Shown here in pieces: positions 13,431-26,534 of a DNA stretch of 64,000 nucleotides. The position numbers and the translations under genes are program-made. This DNA comes from Eledone cirrhosa (taxonomy: Eukaryota), in contig OZ024740.1 of NCBI GenBank assembly GCA_964016885.1, positions 131,378,001 to 131,442,000 on the forward strand, given 5' to 3'. The notes under the pieces were generated by a model that saw only the letters and a program-made list of their open reading frames with translations, did no database searches and had not been told where the DNA came from. Every line of letters starts with the position of its first letter. Position 1 is the stretch's first letter.

Positions 13431-13763
13431 TCCCCCTTGTCTCTCACTCGCTCTTTAATTCATCTTTGATCTGTCTTCTCAAGCTAAATACTAAATAAGT
13501 TATAACATCAGCTACTTCTTCCTCTATGCTTTCCTCTCGCTACTATTTCTCTAGTAATTTTTAAATATTAAAAAATATACAACATGTTATATTGATGCCA
13601 TGTATTTCTTAAAATATATTACTCACCCTCTCTCTATTGATTGTATTACGTTTTCTCATGTTCTCAATATTAGGGTATAAATATTGAGTTTAGTCATAAA
13701 TTAATCACTACCTTGATTAAATCTTAACCATCTACGATGTCAGGGTATGTCATATATAATTTT

Positions 13764-13828
13764 ATTTTATCAGATGAGGACGTACTGTTGAACTTAATTC
13801 AGTACCTCTGAAATATGTATAATAAAAT
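13764..13828 (+). ncRNA. Minimal type I hammerhead remnant (core CAGATGA, U4A) in a PLE-like terminal-repeat fragment
   Basis: ATTTTAT-CAGATGA-stem II (GTACTG/CAGTAC)-GAAA-TATGTATA-ATAAAAT. Confidence 0.65.
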
Positions 13829-14045
13829 ATAATTGATCACAAGAATATCTATATTGTTAATATTTGGAATTAATATTTATATCTGTGGAAAAAATTAACT
13901 GTAGAGTGCTTCCAATCTATTGTAAAACACATTATTTGATGTATTCATTGAATCTTGTTTAACTTTTAAATATATATATATATATATATATATTATAATG
14001 AAATTACAGGAGACTGGATTTGTGTAAATCCTTGAAAGGTTTATT

Positions 14046-14103
14046 ATACTATGATCATTTCAATGACCGAGTTCCGTATGAATCCGGTGATATCATCAGG
14101 TAT
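14046..14103 (-). ncRNA. Minimal type I hammerhead ribozyme
   Basis: Reverse: ATAC-CTGATGA-stem II (ACCG/CGGT)-GAAA-TGATCA(palindrome)-TA-GTAT, then AATAAA and, about 50 nt on, (TA)n. Confidence 0.75.
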
Positions 14104-15125
14104 TCAAAATATAATACGTGAATGTAATAGATAAAATCAATGGGGCTGAAAATCGAGGACCCGAGGGCGACCGCTATTCCGTTCCTTCAACCTCAGCCGG
14201 TCGCCCTGGAGTGACGTGGCTAAAGTTTATAGTATGCTACTACCGGTCAGATACACAAAAAACAGAAAGGGATGGGAACATAAGTTAACGTCAATCTCAT
14301 GACACAAGGTAAAAGAAAGAAAGAAATGAAGGAGAGAGAAGAAGGGGGAAGAGAGAAGAAGAGAAGCCAGGGTTAAAGTCAGCTAAAAGAAGAAAGGTAA
14401 ATACTACCGGTCAGATGTAGGCAAGCAAGAGGGGGAAGGAAGATAAGTCTGCGGGAGGAAGACAGGAAGAGAGGAGAAGTGAAGGAAGAGAAGAGAGAAG
14501 TAGAAAAGTAAGGGTTGATGGCTACAAGAAGGAAGATAGAAAGAAAGAGGAAGAAAGGTCGATATTAATGTCAGACCACAGTCAGGCCAGGAGTAGCGCG
14601 AGAAAATTTTCACAGGGACACGCATCTTCAGGTATTCGAAATATATATTTTTTTTATCGAAGGTATAATCTTTCCACCTGACTCGACAAATAAATAATTG
14701 GATTTCTCTACCATGTTCAAACGGGTTTATGACATTTTATTCTGGAATTTTACAAAATTATTACCAGAAAAAAATGTAATAAATAATAGAATGGAATGCC
14801 TTTCGAATTGTAGACTTAATCTGTTTAAAACTTTCTCCTATAATAAATATAACTAGCGTAGAATCCGATCCCCAAAACAGACCTTTTAGTCATATAAAAA
14901 TAAAACATAAAAATAATAAAAAATCCGGAATTTAGTTCGACGCTATCCGATTACTTTATTACCTTATCTATAAAAACATATATATATATTTCGATCGTTT
15001 GCGGCATGCCACACACATGTAGTAAACCTCCCCTGGTTTCGAGCGATTACGACACGTTTTACAACTGTCGTAAACTATTTAGGATTATCTCTCTTTCCCA
15101 TCTCCCTCTCACTTTTGGTTGCTCC

Positions 15126-15219
<94 letters not shown>

Positions 15220-15597
15220 ATATATATATCTCTCTTTCTCCCCACTTCGATTGAGATACCACGGCAACACTGTGCTCCTCTTATCGCACCCCTAGAGTTA
15301 CGTCTAATCGGTACGCTATAAATTATATTATTCTATTTTTTCGTCGGTTACTCTTTTGCATGTTCCATCTGTCCTGTGTCCCCCCACTAACTGATCTGTT
15401 TACCTGTTTTTGTTCTCTTTCTTCCTCTCTCCTCACTAACTTTCCTCATTTTTTCTTCTTCTTTTCTTTTCTTTCCCTCCTGGCCTTTTAATTGAGAAAA
15501 GGCCTTTGGCGCGCCGCTGATCGCTTTTGGATGTCGCTGAAACATCTTGATCTCGGTTTTACAGCTGATGGAGTATTTCTTCTCTTCTCTTATATAT

Positions 15598-15673
<76 letters not shown>

Positions 15674-15842
15674 AAGAATTCATATCTAGTAATATATATA
15701 TACATACAGATGTATATCGATGCTAGCAAATATATAGGTTTTGTCTTAATAACATTGTGGTTCTATGCATGGGGTTGCAGAACAATAATATAAGAGACGT
15801 AAAATAAGAAAATTATAAAATTAACTTACTTACTAAAATATC

Positions 15843-15924
15843 ACTTCCAACTAATTAGTTTCTGGAATGGAGTAAATACATCTTCCGAAGAAGGTGTAGA
15901 GAATCATCTCGTCATCAGGAAAGT
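15843..15924 (-). ncRNA. Type I hammerhead with extended stem II
   Basis: Reverse complement of the motif at 16518-16599; CTGATGA and GAAA intact. Confidence 0.7.
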
Positions 15925-16517
15925 CTATTCTCATATAAGTCTCCAGGCAAAGCGAGGACTCTGGAAGCTTATTAAAAAAGTAAATCTCAAAGCGTGGACT
16001 GAATTCCTAGCCATTGAGAAAATCACTGCCTCTGTGTCCGTGGCAATCGAAGATGTATTTACTCCATTCCAGAAACTAATTAGTTGGAAGTGATATTTTA
16101 GTAACTAAGTTAATTTTATAATGTTCTTATTTTACGTCTCTTATATTATTGTTTTGCAACCCCATGCATTGAACCACAATGTTATTAAGACAAAACCTAT
16201 ATATTTGCTAGCATCGATATACATCTGTATGTATATATATGTTACTAGATATGAATTCTTTATTATTATCTCCAAATGATTTGTCGAGCAATACTGGCCA
16301 TGACTGCTGCTACGGTAGTAGGCTGGCCGCTGTCTTATTAACAACCCACTTTCCACTGATTGACCTCGATGTCATGTGTGTGATTCTTTTTGAATTTGCC
16401 ACGGACACAGAGGCAGTGATTTTCTCAATGGCTAGGAATTCAGTCCACGCTTTGAGATTTATTTTTTTAAAAAGCTTCCAGAGTCCTCGCTTTGCCTGGA
16501 GACTTATATGAGAATAG

Positions 16518-16599
16518 ACTTTCCTGATGACGGGATGATTCTCCACACCTTCTTCGGAAGATGTATTTACTCCATTCCAGAAACTAATTAGTTGGAAGT
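16518..16599 (+). ncRNA. Type I hammerhead with extended stem II
   Basis: ACTTTC-CTGATGA-(about 49-nt stem II, GGGATG/CATTCC)-GAAA-CTAATTAG(palindrome)-TT-GGAAGT. Confidence 0.7.
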
Positions 16600-16647
16600 G
16601 ATATTTTAGTAAGTAAGTTAATTTTATAATTTTCTTATTTTACGTCT

Positions 16648-16714
<67 letters not shown>

Positions 16715-16719
16715 CAAGG

Positions 16720-16830
16720 TTCTAAAACCGAGGTTAACTATGTATGTCATCTTTACGGGGTCGATAAAATAATGTATCAGTAATGAACTGGCATAATTGT
16801 CTAGTGCCAAAAGTAGAAATAATTATTAAA
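16720..16830 (+). mobile_element. SINE 3' fragment
   Basis: CCGAGGTTAAC...CGGGGTCGATAAAATAA...GTGCCAAAAGTAGAAA matches the other copies. Confidence 0.7.
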
Positions 16831-18084
16831 CATGTTTTGCTGTTTTTTTTTGAAATTGTAAATACTTTTCATAACAGGTAATTTGAAAGGTTTCTATATG
16901 ATAATGTGTCTAGGGTTATATGTAACCTCGAATACTCGCGTTGACGTCGAGTTGAGTATTTTAATCAAAGTTCGAAATCATTCTGTACCATCATATTTAT
17001 TCGATTACATCTAATACATAAACACAGCATAAGTTTTGCTTCGTTTCAATCCCTCTTTACGTCTAGAGTTCTGTCTTTGTCCAATTTACAGCATTGTAAC
17101 ATTTATACGTCTTCCATTTAGTTATTCCTCCAGCTACCACATACTAACAACTGAGTTTATTTTTTTCCTAATTAACCCACTCCACCAACTGTAACACACG
17201 ATCAACTTAAAATGTGAACGGCATTCCTTGCAAGTTTAGATCGAATAGGAATAATCTAATGCTTGCTGGACACGCACTATAACGAATTTCGTCGGATTGC
17301 TATATTTATTCCTCAATATTTCTGTTAAGTAGTGTAGAATGTAATATATATTGAATTAAGTACCACCACAAACAGTAAGTTTATGCAAATTTACTAGATC
17401 CCGTCTCCAATTCTGTTCCGTTTTAGGGATATAGAAAGTGTTAGGTAATTAATGGAATCTGGATGCAATATGTATACAACTTCTTATGATACTTATGATA
17501 GATCTCGAAAATTAAATCAAGCCGTTCAACATTGTCAGTCTATGGAAAATATACTTATGATCAATTGTGATTATTTGTTAGTGTCTCACTTAATTGAAAT
17601 AGCTTTATAATCCGTATTTGTTTCGGTTTGGAAGTTATCGAATATGTGAAGTTCTCTCCTACGAATATAATATTAAAGCAAACTTAAAATCATATCTACG
17701 ATGAACAGATATCAAACAGTTCATCGACAATGGCGGATTTTCTCAGAGCAACACCGGGAAACATTATTGTACCACATTAGAGAAAGCCGCGACTTCCCAA
17801 GCACAATTCCAAATATTAGGTGTAGGATTTCAACACGCATTATGCTCAAATAAATCATATAATAATATAACAGATGCTATTTTTAATAGAATAATTTCGT
17901 GTTACTAATTTAGGGGCAATAAATAGAAAGGGACAACCTGTCTTATATTATAAAAGGATAAAAATCCCATAATTACTTGTGGAATCGTAGAGGCACCGTC
18001 ATACGGCTTGTCTACGACACATTAAACCTAGAGGAGCCCAACATTCTCCAGGTCTGAACACAATCAATATTTTCTATAGAGGAA

Positions 18085-18240
18085 GAATCGACCCCATTAT
18101 TGGATTGGTACTTTTTTATCGACCTCGAATGAATGAAAGGCAAAGTTGACAACAGCAGGATTTGAACTCAGAGGGTGCAATACTGTGGGACGAATATCGT
18201 AAAGCATTCTATCCAAGTTCTTAATGACTCTACCGATGCG
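18085..18240 (-). mobile_element. Older SINE copy, related subfamily
   Basis: TTTATCGACC..GAATGAAAGGCAAAGTTGAC...GGATTTGAACTCAG. Confidence 0.7.
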
Positions 18241-18736
18241 CAACATAGATAATTCCGTAATAGTAATTCGTCAAAGAATTTGTAACAACGAGACTTAACT
18301 CCACTTCCAAAGAAATATAATCCATTTCACAAACATTATATATATACACACACATATATATATATATATATATACATACTTATGCATGAATCGACATGCA
18401 TATATAATTATACCAAAACTCCTATAGAGATAAATATATAAATCTTCACCATATATATATCCATAGGTGTACATGAAATACATAGAAAGAGAGAAATGAT
18501 ATATTATTTTCAATTATTTCGGATATACAAATGATTTTCTGAAGGCAGACACAATGAGTGAAGAAGGAAAAAATAATACTATCCGGCCCTCGATAATGAT
18601 TGGCGAACAGTAATAAAACGCGTGTTAGGTAATAAATATAATGTAATAAGTCATACTTCAACTCACTCCTTTCTTTTTGCCTAGATTTTCCTAGTATTTT
18701 CTCATGTCCACTTTCTTTCTCACACTATCTCTCCCC

Positions 18737-19915
<1,179 letters not shown>

Positions 19916-20144
19916 TAATGACAAAGTAAATGACATCGTACAACGAAGTAATCTATTAGATCTACACTTTATCTAGTAAGAAAAAAAACGTCTTAAATTT
20001 TCGGACAGTAGTTCTTTATCAGAAAAGAGAATGAGAATTAAAGAAGAAATACATAGATAGAGGAAAATGGGCAGTAGAAGAGACGAAGAATAATTCCTCT
20101 TTGAGAATTTTGGAGGGAGTCCATAGTAATAAAACGTAAGAGCT

Positions 20145-20175
<31 letters not shown>

Positions 20176-20245
20176 AAGAAAAAGAGATGAAATCGAAAAT
20201 GCAACTGGAGTCTTATTTTTAAAAAATATATATATTTATTTGGTT

Positions 20246-20283
20246 CCTTTACCGGTTTCGCAGTTCTTCTGCTTTTCAAAAGG
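20246..20283 (-). ncRNA. Minimal hammerhead, U3-A8 core variant (inverted pLTR copy)
   Basis: Reverse complement of CCTT-TTGAAAA-GCAG AAGAA CTGC-GAAA-CCGG-TA-AAGG. Confidence 0.7.
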
Positions 20284-21110
20284 TTAGTTGAGATGGGGGT
20301 TTGTGGTTTTTCTCACATCTGGTTGGTCTCTGAATGTTACTTGTTTTATATGGAAAAAATGGCTCGAAATGCCAGGTTTTTCGTGAAGTAATTTGATTGG
20401 TTTGTCAATAATTATAATAAATTTCGCGCCAGTTCGCGTTACAATAGTTCTTCAAATAAGAGGGGGGGTTGTCACAGGTTGTTTTTTCATATATGAGTGT
20501 TTGAATTTCTTTCGTGATCCACCTTTTTTTTAAGTAAAAAATTCAAACACACACACACACAACACACACACACGCACACACACACAAGCACACACATAAA
20601 CATACATATCTTTACTTTCTTTATTCAATAGAAAATCTGAATTCTGACACCCCAGTGAACTAACCATATTCACTGAACCAGAACAATTCTCCCATCCCTT
20701 TCTCTTGACCATTATCTTTCACTTATCATAAAATTCTCTAATAAGGCTACAGAATGGATTTCCAAATAAGGGCACGAACATTTTATGAAAACTTGTTCAC
20801 GTGACAGCCATAATTTCTTTTATAACCAACCCCAAAAAACCCTTCGTGAGCCCCTTTTTTTCAAGTAAAAAGAAATTCAAACACTCATATATTAAAAAAC
20901 AACCTGTGACAACCTACCCCCCCCCCCTCCCTCTTATTTGAAGAACTATTGTAACGCGAACTGGCGCGAGATTTATTATAATTATTGACAAACCAATCAA
21001 ATTACTTCTCGAAAAACCTGGCATTTCGAGCCACTTTTTCCATATAAAACAAGTAACATTCAGAGACCAACCAGATGTGAGAAAAACCACAGACCCTCCA
21101 TCCCAACTCA

Positions 21111-21148
21111 CCTTTTGAAAAGCAGAAGAACTGCGAAACCGGTAAAGG
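21111..21148 (+). ncRNA. Minimal hammerhead, U3-A8 core variant (5' pLTR)
   Basis: CCTT-TTGAAAA-GCAG AAGAA CTGC-GAAA-CCGG-TA-AAGG; stems I and II perfect; palindromic ACCGGT. Confidence 0.75.
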
Positions 21149-21315
21149 AACCAAATACATATATATATTTAAAAAAAAAATAAGACTCCAGTTGCATTTT
21201 CGATTTCATCTCTTTTTCTTTATACTTTCACTCGTGTAGGACACCTCGGTTATTTTTTATTTTGTTAAAAAAAACCTCACTTTCTAATATATACCCACCA
21301 CACGAAGACCGAAAA

Positions 21316-22715
21316 TGCCACCAAAGTCTCAACAAAACAACAACTCACTGAACCAGGACATCTTAAAATAACTCAAAGAGATTTTCTCTAAACTCTCAAT
21401 TTTGACAAACAAAGTGGACCAAATACACATATATAAAAAAGGACCCCACTAAGAAACAGAAAAATACCCAAGAGACGAAGATTACTCCAGTATTAACTAA
21501 GCTAATCGAAACCATTGAAACAACAATGCTCCAAAAGCTGGAACAACCGTTAGAACCCAATCTACGAGATGTACACTCAATGAAACACACCCTAATTAAC
21601 ATATGGACTCAAAAGCTCACAGGCCGCAAATTCGCCCTTTGGAATCTCCTAAAAAATAATGGCAAGGCAGACATATATGAAAAGTGACTAAACTCTACCC
21701 CAATCAACCTCCCCAAAACACTCCAAATAAAACCCATCCCAAATGAACCAGAAAACCAACAAAGTCTTAGGGAAAAGATGGCGTTGGAAAAATGTAAAAC
21801 AGAAATAGAACTGTTGCGATTAAGAGCCAACTCCAACGAAGAAAAATTCAAGTCACTCGACCAACAGATGGACACAGAAATCTCAAAGCACTCTGAAGAG
21901 CTACTCTACAAAAGAACCCTAAAATTTTGGAAAGAAAACTGTGAGGATGAAGAACTAACATCCCTCCAGCGATGGGAAAAAAACGCCACCTGGTTCAACA
22001 ACTACGAAATGGACTTCAAAAATGAACAACATACAGGTAACCCATTTTTAAAACAAACTAAAACTCACACACCACATGCACAACAAATAACAAAAAAAGT
22101 AACAAAACGTCGAACATATCCCCAGCAAAACTATAACGATAATCCCAGATACCATAGAGAAAACTATAACCCTACTAACAAAAACCAAAGATCCCCGAAC
22201 ACAAGGCAGGACCTGATCCGCAGATCACAGCCCACACAAAACCTATTCCAAAACCGTAGACCCCTGCCCACACAGAACCTGTTCCAAAACCGTAGACCCC
22301 AACCCACACAAAGGAACAAAATCTACAACCCGGACTATCAACAAACCGAACCTCAATACGTCCGAAACTTCTATACAAGACCACACAACAACAGGGGAAA
22401 TACCATTAGATATAATAATTGTTTCTACTTTTGGCACAAGGCCAGCAATTACCCAGTACATTACTGGTACTTTATTTTATCGACCCCATAAGGATGAAAG
22501 GCAAAGTTAACCTCGGCGGGATTTGAAATCAGATCGTAAAGGGACGTAACTCTTTGCATCAAAGCATGGCGTCCGACCCTCTACCGATACTGCCAATCCA
22601 CCATTAGATATAATAATACCATTGAAAAACATTCCAGAAAAATCATTTTTTAGACCAAGGCTACAGGACTCACGACACCCGGTGGCACAAACCGATTTTG
22701 AAAAACCGAAAATAA
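21316..22715 (+). pseudogene. Upstream ORF / N-terminal extension of the Neptune PLE (helical, then basic low-complexity), interrupted by a SINE
   Basis: ATG at about 21316 just after the pLTR; ORF 21778-22419; 36-bp tandem repeats encoding PTQNLFQNRRP at about 22231-22311. Confidence 0.6.
22420..22599 (-). mobile_element. SINE inserted in the Neptune upstream ORF, about 18-bp TSD
   Basis: ACCATTAGATATAATAAT at 22402-22419 and 22600-22617 flanks a near-complete SINE. Confidence 0.9.
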
Positions 22716-24949
22716 TTAACCTTTCAAATACAAACCTCTCAGCCCAACAAGTAAATATTCCCTCCAAAGGACTGAAATTCACACCAACACCACAATACTC
22801 TAACCCCAATGAGATAAATGACGATATCTCACACTTCTGTAGAAAATTACGTCTCACAGAGGAATTATTTGACAAGGAGAATAACGACGAATCAATTGTA
22901 CGGAATAAAAGCAGCTACAACCCAACAAAAGGTAGAAACAGAGTTCTGGACAAATTTTGTGACCACATAGCTACCTTCCCATACGATGAACTACCGCAAC
23001 CTAAACCCAAACCCAACACGAGTTGAAGGGAATGGGAGATTATCCATGAACTAAAAAACAATACGGACATTATAATTAAGGAAGCGGACAAAGGAAGTAC
23101 TGTTGTCATTATGGAGGCTAAAAAATATAAAAATTCTATGTTCTCTCTCCTACAAAATACTAATTACTATGAAAGAGTAAAAAACTACCAGCAATCAAAA
23201 ATAATGACCAAATTAAACACACTGATTTATCGATACCAGGAAGACCTAACTAAAAAGGAACGCGATTATTTAACAAAATTTGAATACAAAACCAGCAACC
23301 TTTACGGACTTCCGAAGATCCACAATTGTAAAATAATCAACGATGCCTGTAAACAATCCACCTCAGCCTGCGTGAACACACAATACCCCACATACCTTAA
23401 ATTAAGACCAATTGTAGCGGGCCCACAATGTGAAACACACAGAGTGAGCGACTTTATAGACATACTACTGAAACCAATACTGAAACACATACCAAGCCTT
23501 GTAAGAGACGATCTGGACCTTTTAAACCACCTCCCCAAACATGTCAACAACGACACTATTATTGTGTCTTTCGATGTAGTGAATCTCTACACAACGATCC
23601 CACACCAATACGGACTAGAAGCAATAGGATTCTGGCAAGAGAAATATCCCAATGAGATACCTGACAGAATAGAAAAAAGCTTCATCACCGAGGGATTAAA
23701 ATTCATCTCACAGAACAACTTATTTGATTTCGATGGCAATCCTTACAAGCAAATATCGGGGACTGCGATGGGTACAAAACCGCTCCAACTTATGCCAACT
23801 TAGTCATGGCATACTTAGAAGTCCAGATATATGAACAGTCCAAATCAAAATACGGATTAAACTTTCAAAAATATTTATCAGAGAATTGGAAACGCTACTT
23901 GGATGAGTGCCTCATTCTTTGGTCCCACACACTCGACCAACTGAAGGATTTCAAAAACTTAACAAACGGCATCAATAACCACATCCAATTCACAATGGAA
24001 TACAGCCAAGATCAACTCCCATTTCTGGACATCTTCATTTTAAAAAAAGACACAAATATCGAAACTGACATACACTACAAACCAACAGATTCCAAACAAT
24101 ATCTGCTATTCACCTCCAACCATCCAAAGCACACGAAGACGAACATTCCTTTTAACCTAGCAAGAATAATTTGCACAATTGTCTCCAATTATGAAACGCG
24201 AAATAAAAGACTTCAAGAATTAAAGGAAATTCTACTCGAGAGAGAGTACCCACTATTACTAATAAATAATGGAATAGAAAGGGCTAAAGCAATAGGCATT
24301 GAAGAATTACGGAAACAGAAACGAATTCAAGGCACGTCCAATATTCTATAATATATCTCAACACACAACCCAAGAAATGCTGAAGCTTACAACGTTATTC
24401 ACAAGAACATCCCACTACTAAAACAACACCCAATAATGAAAAAAGCCCTTGAAACACACAATAATCAAAAGCAAAAGACAACCAAAATCACTGAAAACAT
24501 TACTCACCAATGCCAAATTACCTACCACAAACCCACAACCAAGTATCAAAAAATGTGGTCGCTCTAATTGTGGAACCTGCACTCACCTCATTGAAGGCAA
24601 CACGTATACATTTAAATCAGGACAAAATTTTACTGTAAAAAATCACTTCACTTGCTCATCAAAAAATCTACTTTATGCCATTAAATGTAAAGGATGCAAT
24701 GAAGATTATATAGGTCAAACTAAACTCACACTCAGAAACAGAATAACAGTTCATCGCCAACAATTACGAGATCCAACAACGAGACAGACACCACTAAGTG
24801 TACATCTAGAATATTGCGCAAGTAATAAGACACCCAAATTCCAAGTCTTCCCATTTTACCTTTGCGCTAACAATACAACAGAACAAATACGAATAAATAA
24901 GGAAAATATGTTTATTCAAAAATATAGACCAGCATTAAATATGGTTTAA
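22622..24949 (+). pseudogene. PLE reverse transcriptase plus GIY-YIG endonuclease
   Basis: IINLS..GLKFTPTP, IKEADKG, YGLPKIH, LRPIVAG, SFDVVNLYT, GTAMGT, RYLDE, LPFLD, HYKPT; linker CGRSNCGTC; NLLYAIKCKGC..YIGQT..R...H. A few stops and frameshifts. Confidence 0.93.
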
Positions 24950-25414
24950 TATACATTATGTCAACACCATAATATGACATACACACACACACATAACACC
25001 TTCTACTTTAGAAAATAAAAACCCGAACTAAATAAACCTTAACATACGTTTGCACTGACAATACAACAGAACAAATACGAATAAGTACGGAAAATATGTT
25101 CATTCAAAAATATTCCTACTAAAGGAATCATTTTCAAACACACACACACAATATAAATATATATATATATTCTCTTCATCTTAACATACTAACCATACTC
25201 CCACACACATAACACCCATACACACACATAACAACCCCCATACCCACAACTCCCTCCCCCATTTCTACTAATAGAACCACTTTCCTACACACATATATAC
25301 ACACACAAAATATATATTCTCTCCATCTTAACATACTCGCACATACACACATAACACCCATATACACAGACACACAACTCCCGCCCCCATTTCTAATAAT
25401 AGAATCATCTTCCA

Positions 25415-25454
<40 letters not shown>

Positions 25455-26291
25455 GCACACAAATAAACATACATAACTTTACTTCAATAGAAAATCTGAA
25501 CTCTGACACCCCAGCGAACTAACCATATTCACTGAACCAGAACAATTCTCCAAATCCCATTTCTCTTGACCACTATCTTTCCCTTGTCATAACATTCTCT
25601 ATAAAGGCTACAGAATAGATTTCCAAATAAGGGCGTGAAAATGTAATGAAAACTTGTTCACGTGACAGCCAAATTTCATTTATAACCAATCAAATCACGT
25701 TTATTAAAATAAGAGCCTTCGTGAGCCACCTTTTTTTTTAAGTAAAGAAATTCAAACACACACATACACAACACACACACACGCACACACACACTAGCAC
25801 ACAAATAAACATACATATCTCTTCTTTCGTTATTCAATAGAAAATCTGAATTCTGACACCCCAGCGAACTAACCATATTCACTGAACCAGAACAATTCTC
25901 CCATCCCTTTCTCTTGACCATTATCTTTCACTTATTATACAATTCTCTAAGAAGGCTACAGAATGGATTTCGAAATAAGGGCACGAAAATTTAATGAAAA
26001 CTTGTTCACGTTAAAGCCATAATTTCATTTAAAAAAGCCTTCGGAGCCCCTTTTTTCAAGTAAAAAGAAATTCAAACACTCATATATGAAAAAACAACCT
26101 GTGACAACAACCTCTTATTTGAAGAACTATTGTAACGCGAACTGGCGCGAAATTTATTATAATTATTGACAAACCAATCAAATTACTTCCTGAATAATCC
26201 AGCATTTCGAGCCACTTTTTCCATATAAAACAAGTAACATTCACAGCCCAACGAGATGTGAGAAAAACCACAGACCCTCCATCTCAACTCA

Positions 26292-26340
26292 CCTTTTGAA
26301 AAGCAGAAGAAATGCGAAACCGGTAAAGAACCGGTAAAGG
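26292..26340 (+). ncRNA. Minimal hammerhead, U3-A8 core variant (3' pLTR)
   Basis: Same motif with one stem II mismatch and a duplicated ACCGGTAAAG. Confidence 0.65.
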
Positions 26341-26472
26341 AACCAAATAAATATATATATTTTAAAAAAAAATAAGACTCCAGTTGCATTTTCGATTTCA
26401 TCTCTTTTTCTTTATACTTTCACTCCTGTAGGACACCTCGGCTATCTTTCAATTTGTTAAAAAAAAACTCAC

Positions 26473-26534
<62 letters not shown>

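Larger units (their letters stand above)
15668..16650. mobile_element. Composite PLE pseudo-LTR insertion (inverted plus tandem copies) between (TA)n tracts
   Basis: Segment A 15668-16046 (minus), B about 16049-16268 (plus) and C 16269-16650 (plus) are near-identical overlapping copies of one sequence that contains an HHR. Confidence 0.8.
20175..26480 (+). mobile_element. Near-complete Neptune-type Penelope-like element in (TA)n, with inverted and direct pseudo-LTRs
   Basis: Inverted pLTR piece 20175-20515, direct 5' pLTR about 20517-21290, coding region 21316-24949, 3' pLTR about 25722-26480; (TA)n on both flanks. Confidence 0.9.

Noticed and set aside
23024-23026. In-frame TGA in the Neptune RT as possible Sec or readthrough
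   Set aside because: Context NTS*REWE is not a Cys position, and the copy has other inactivating lesions.
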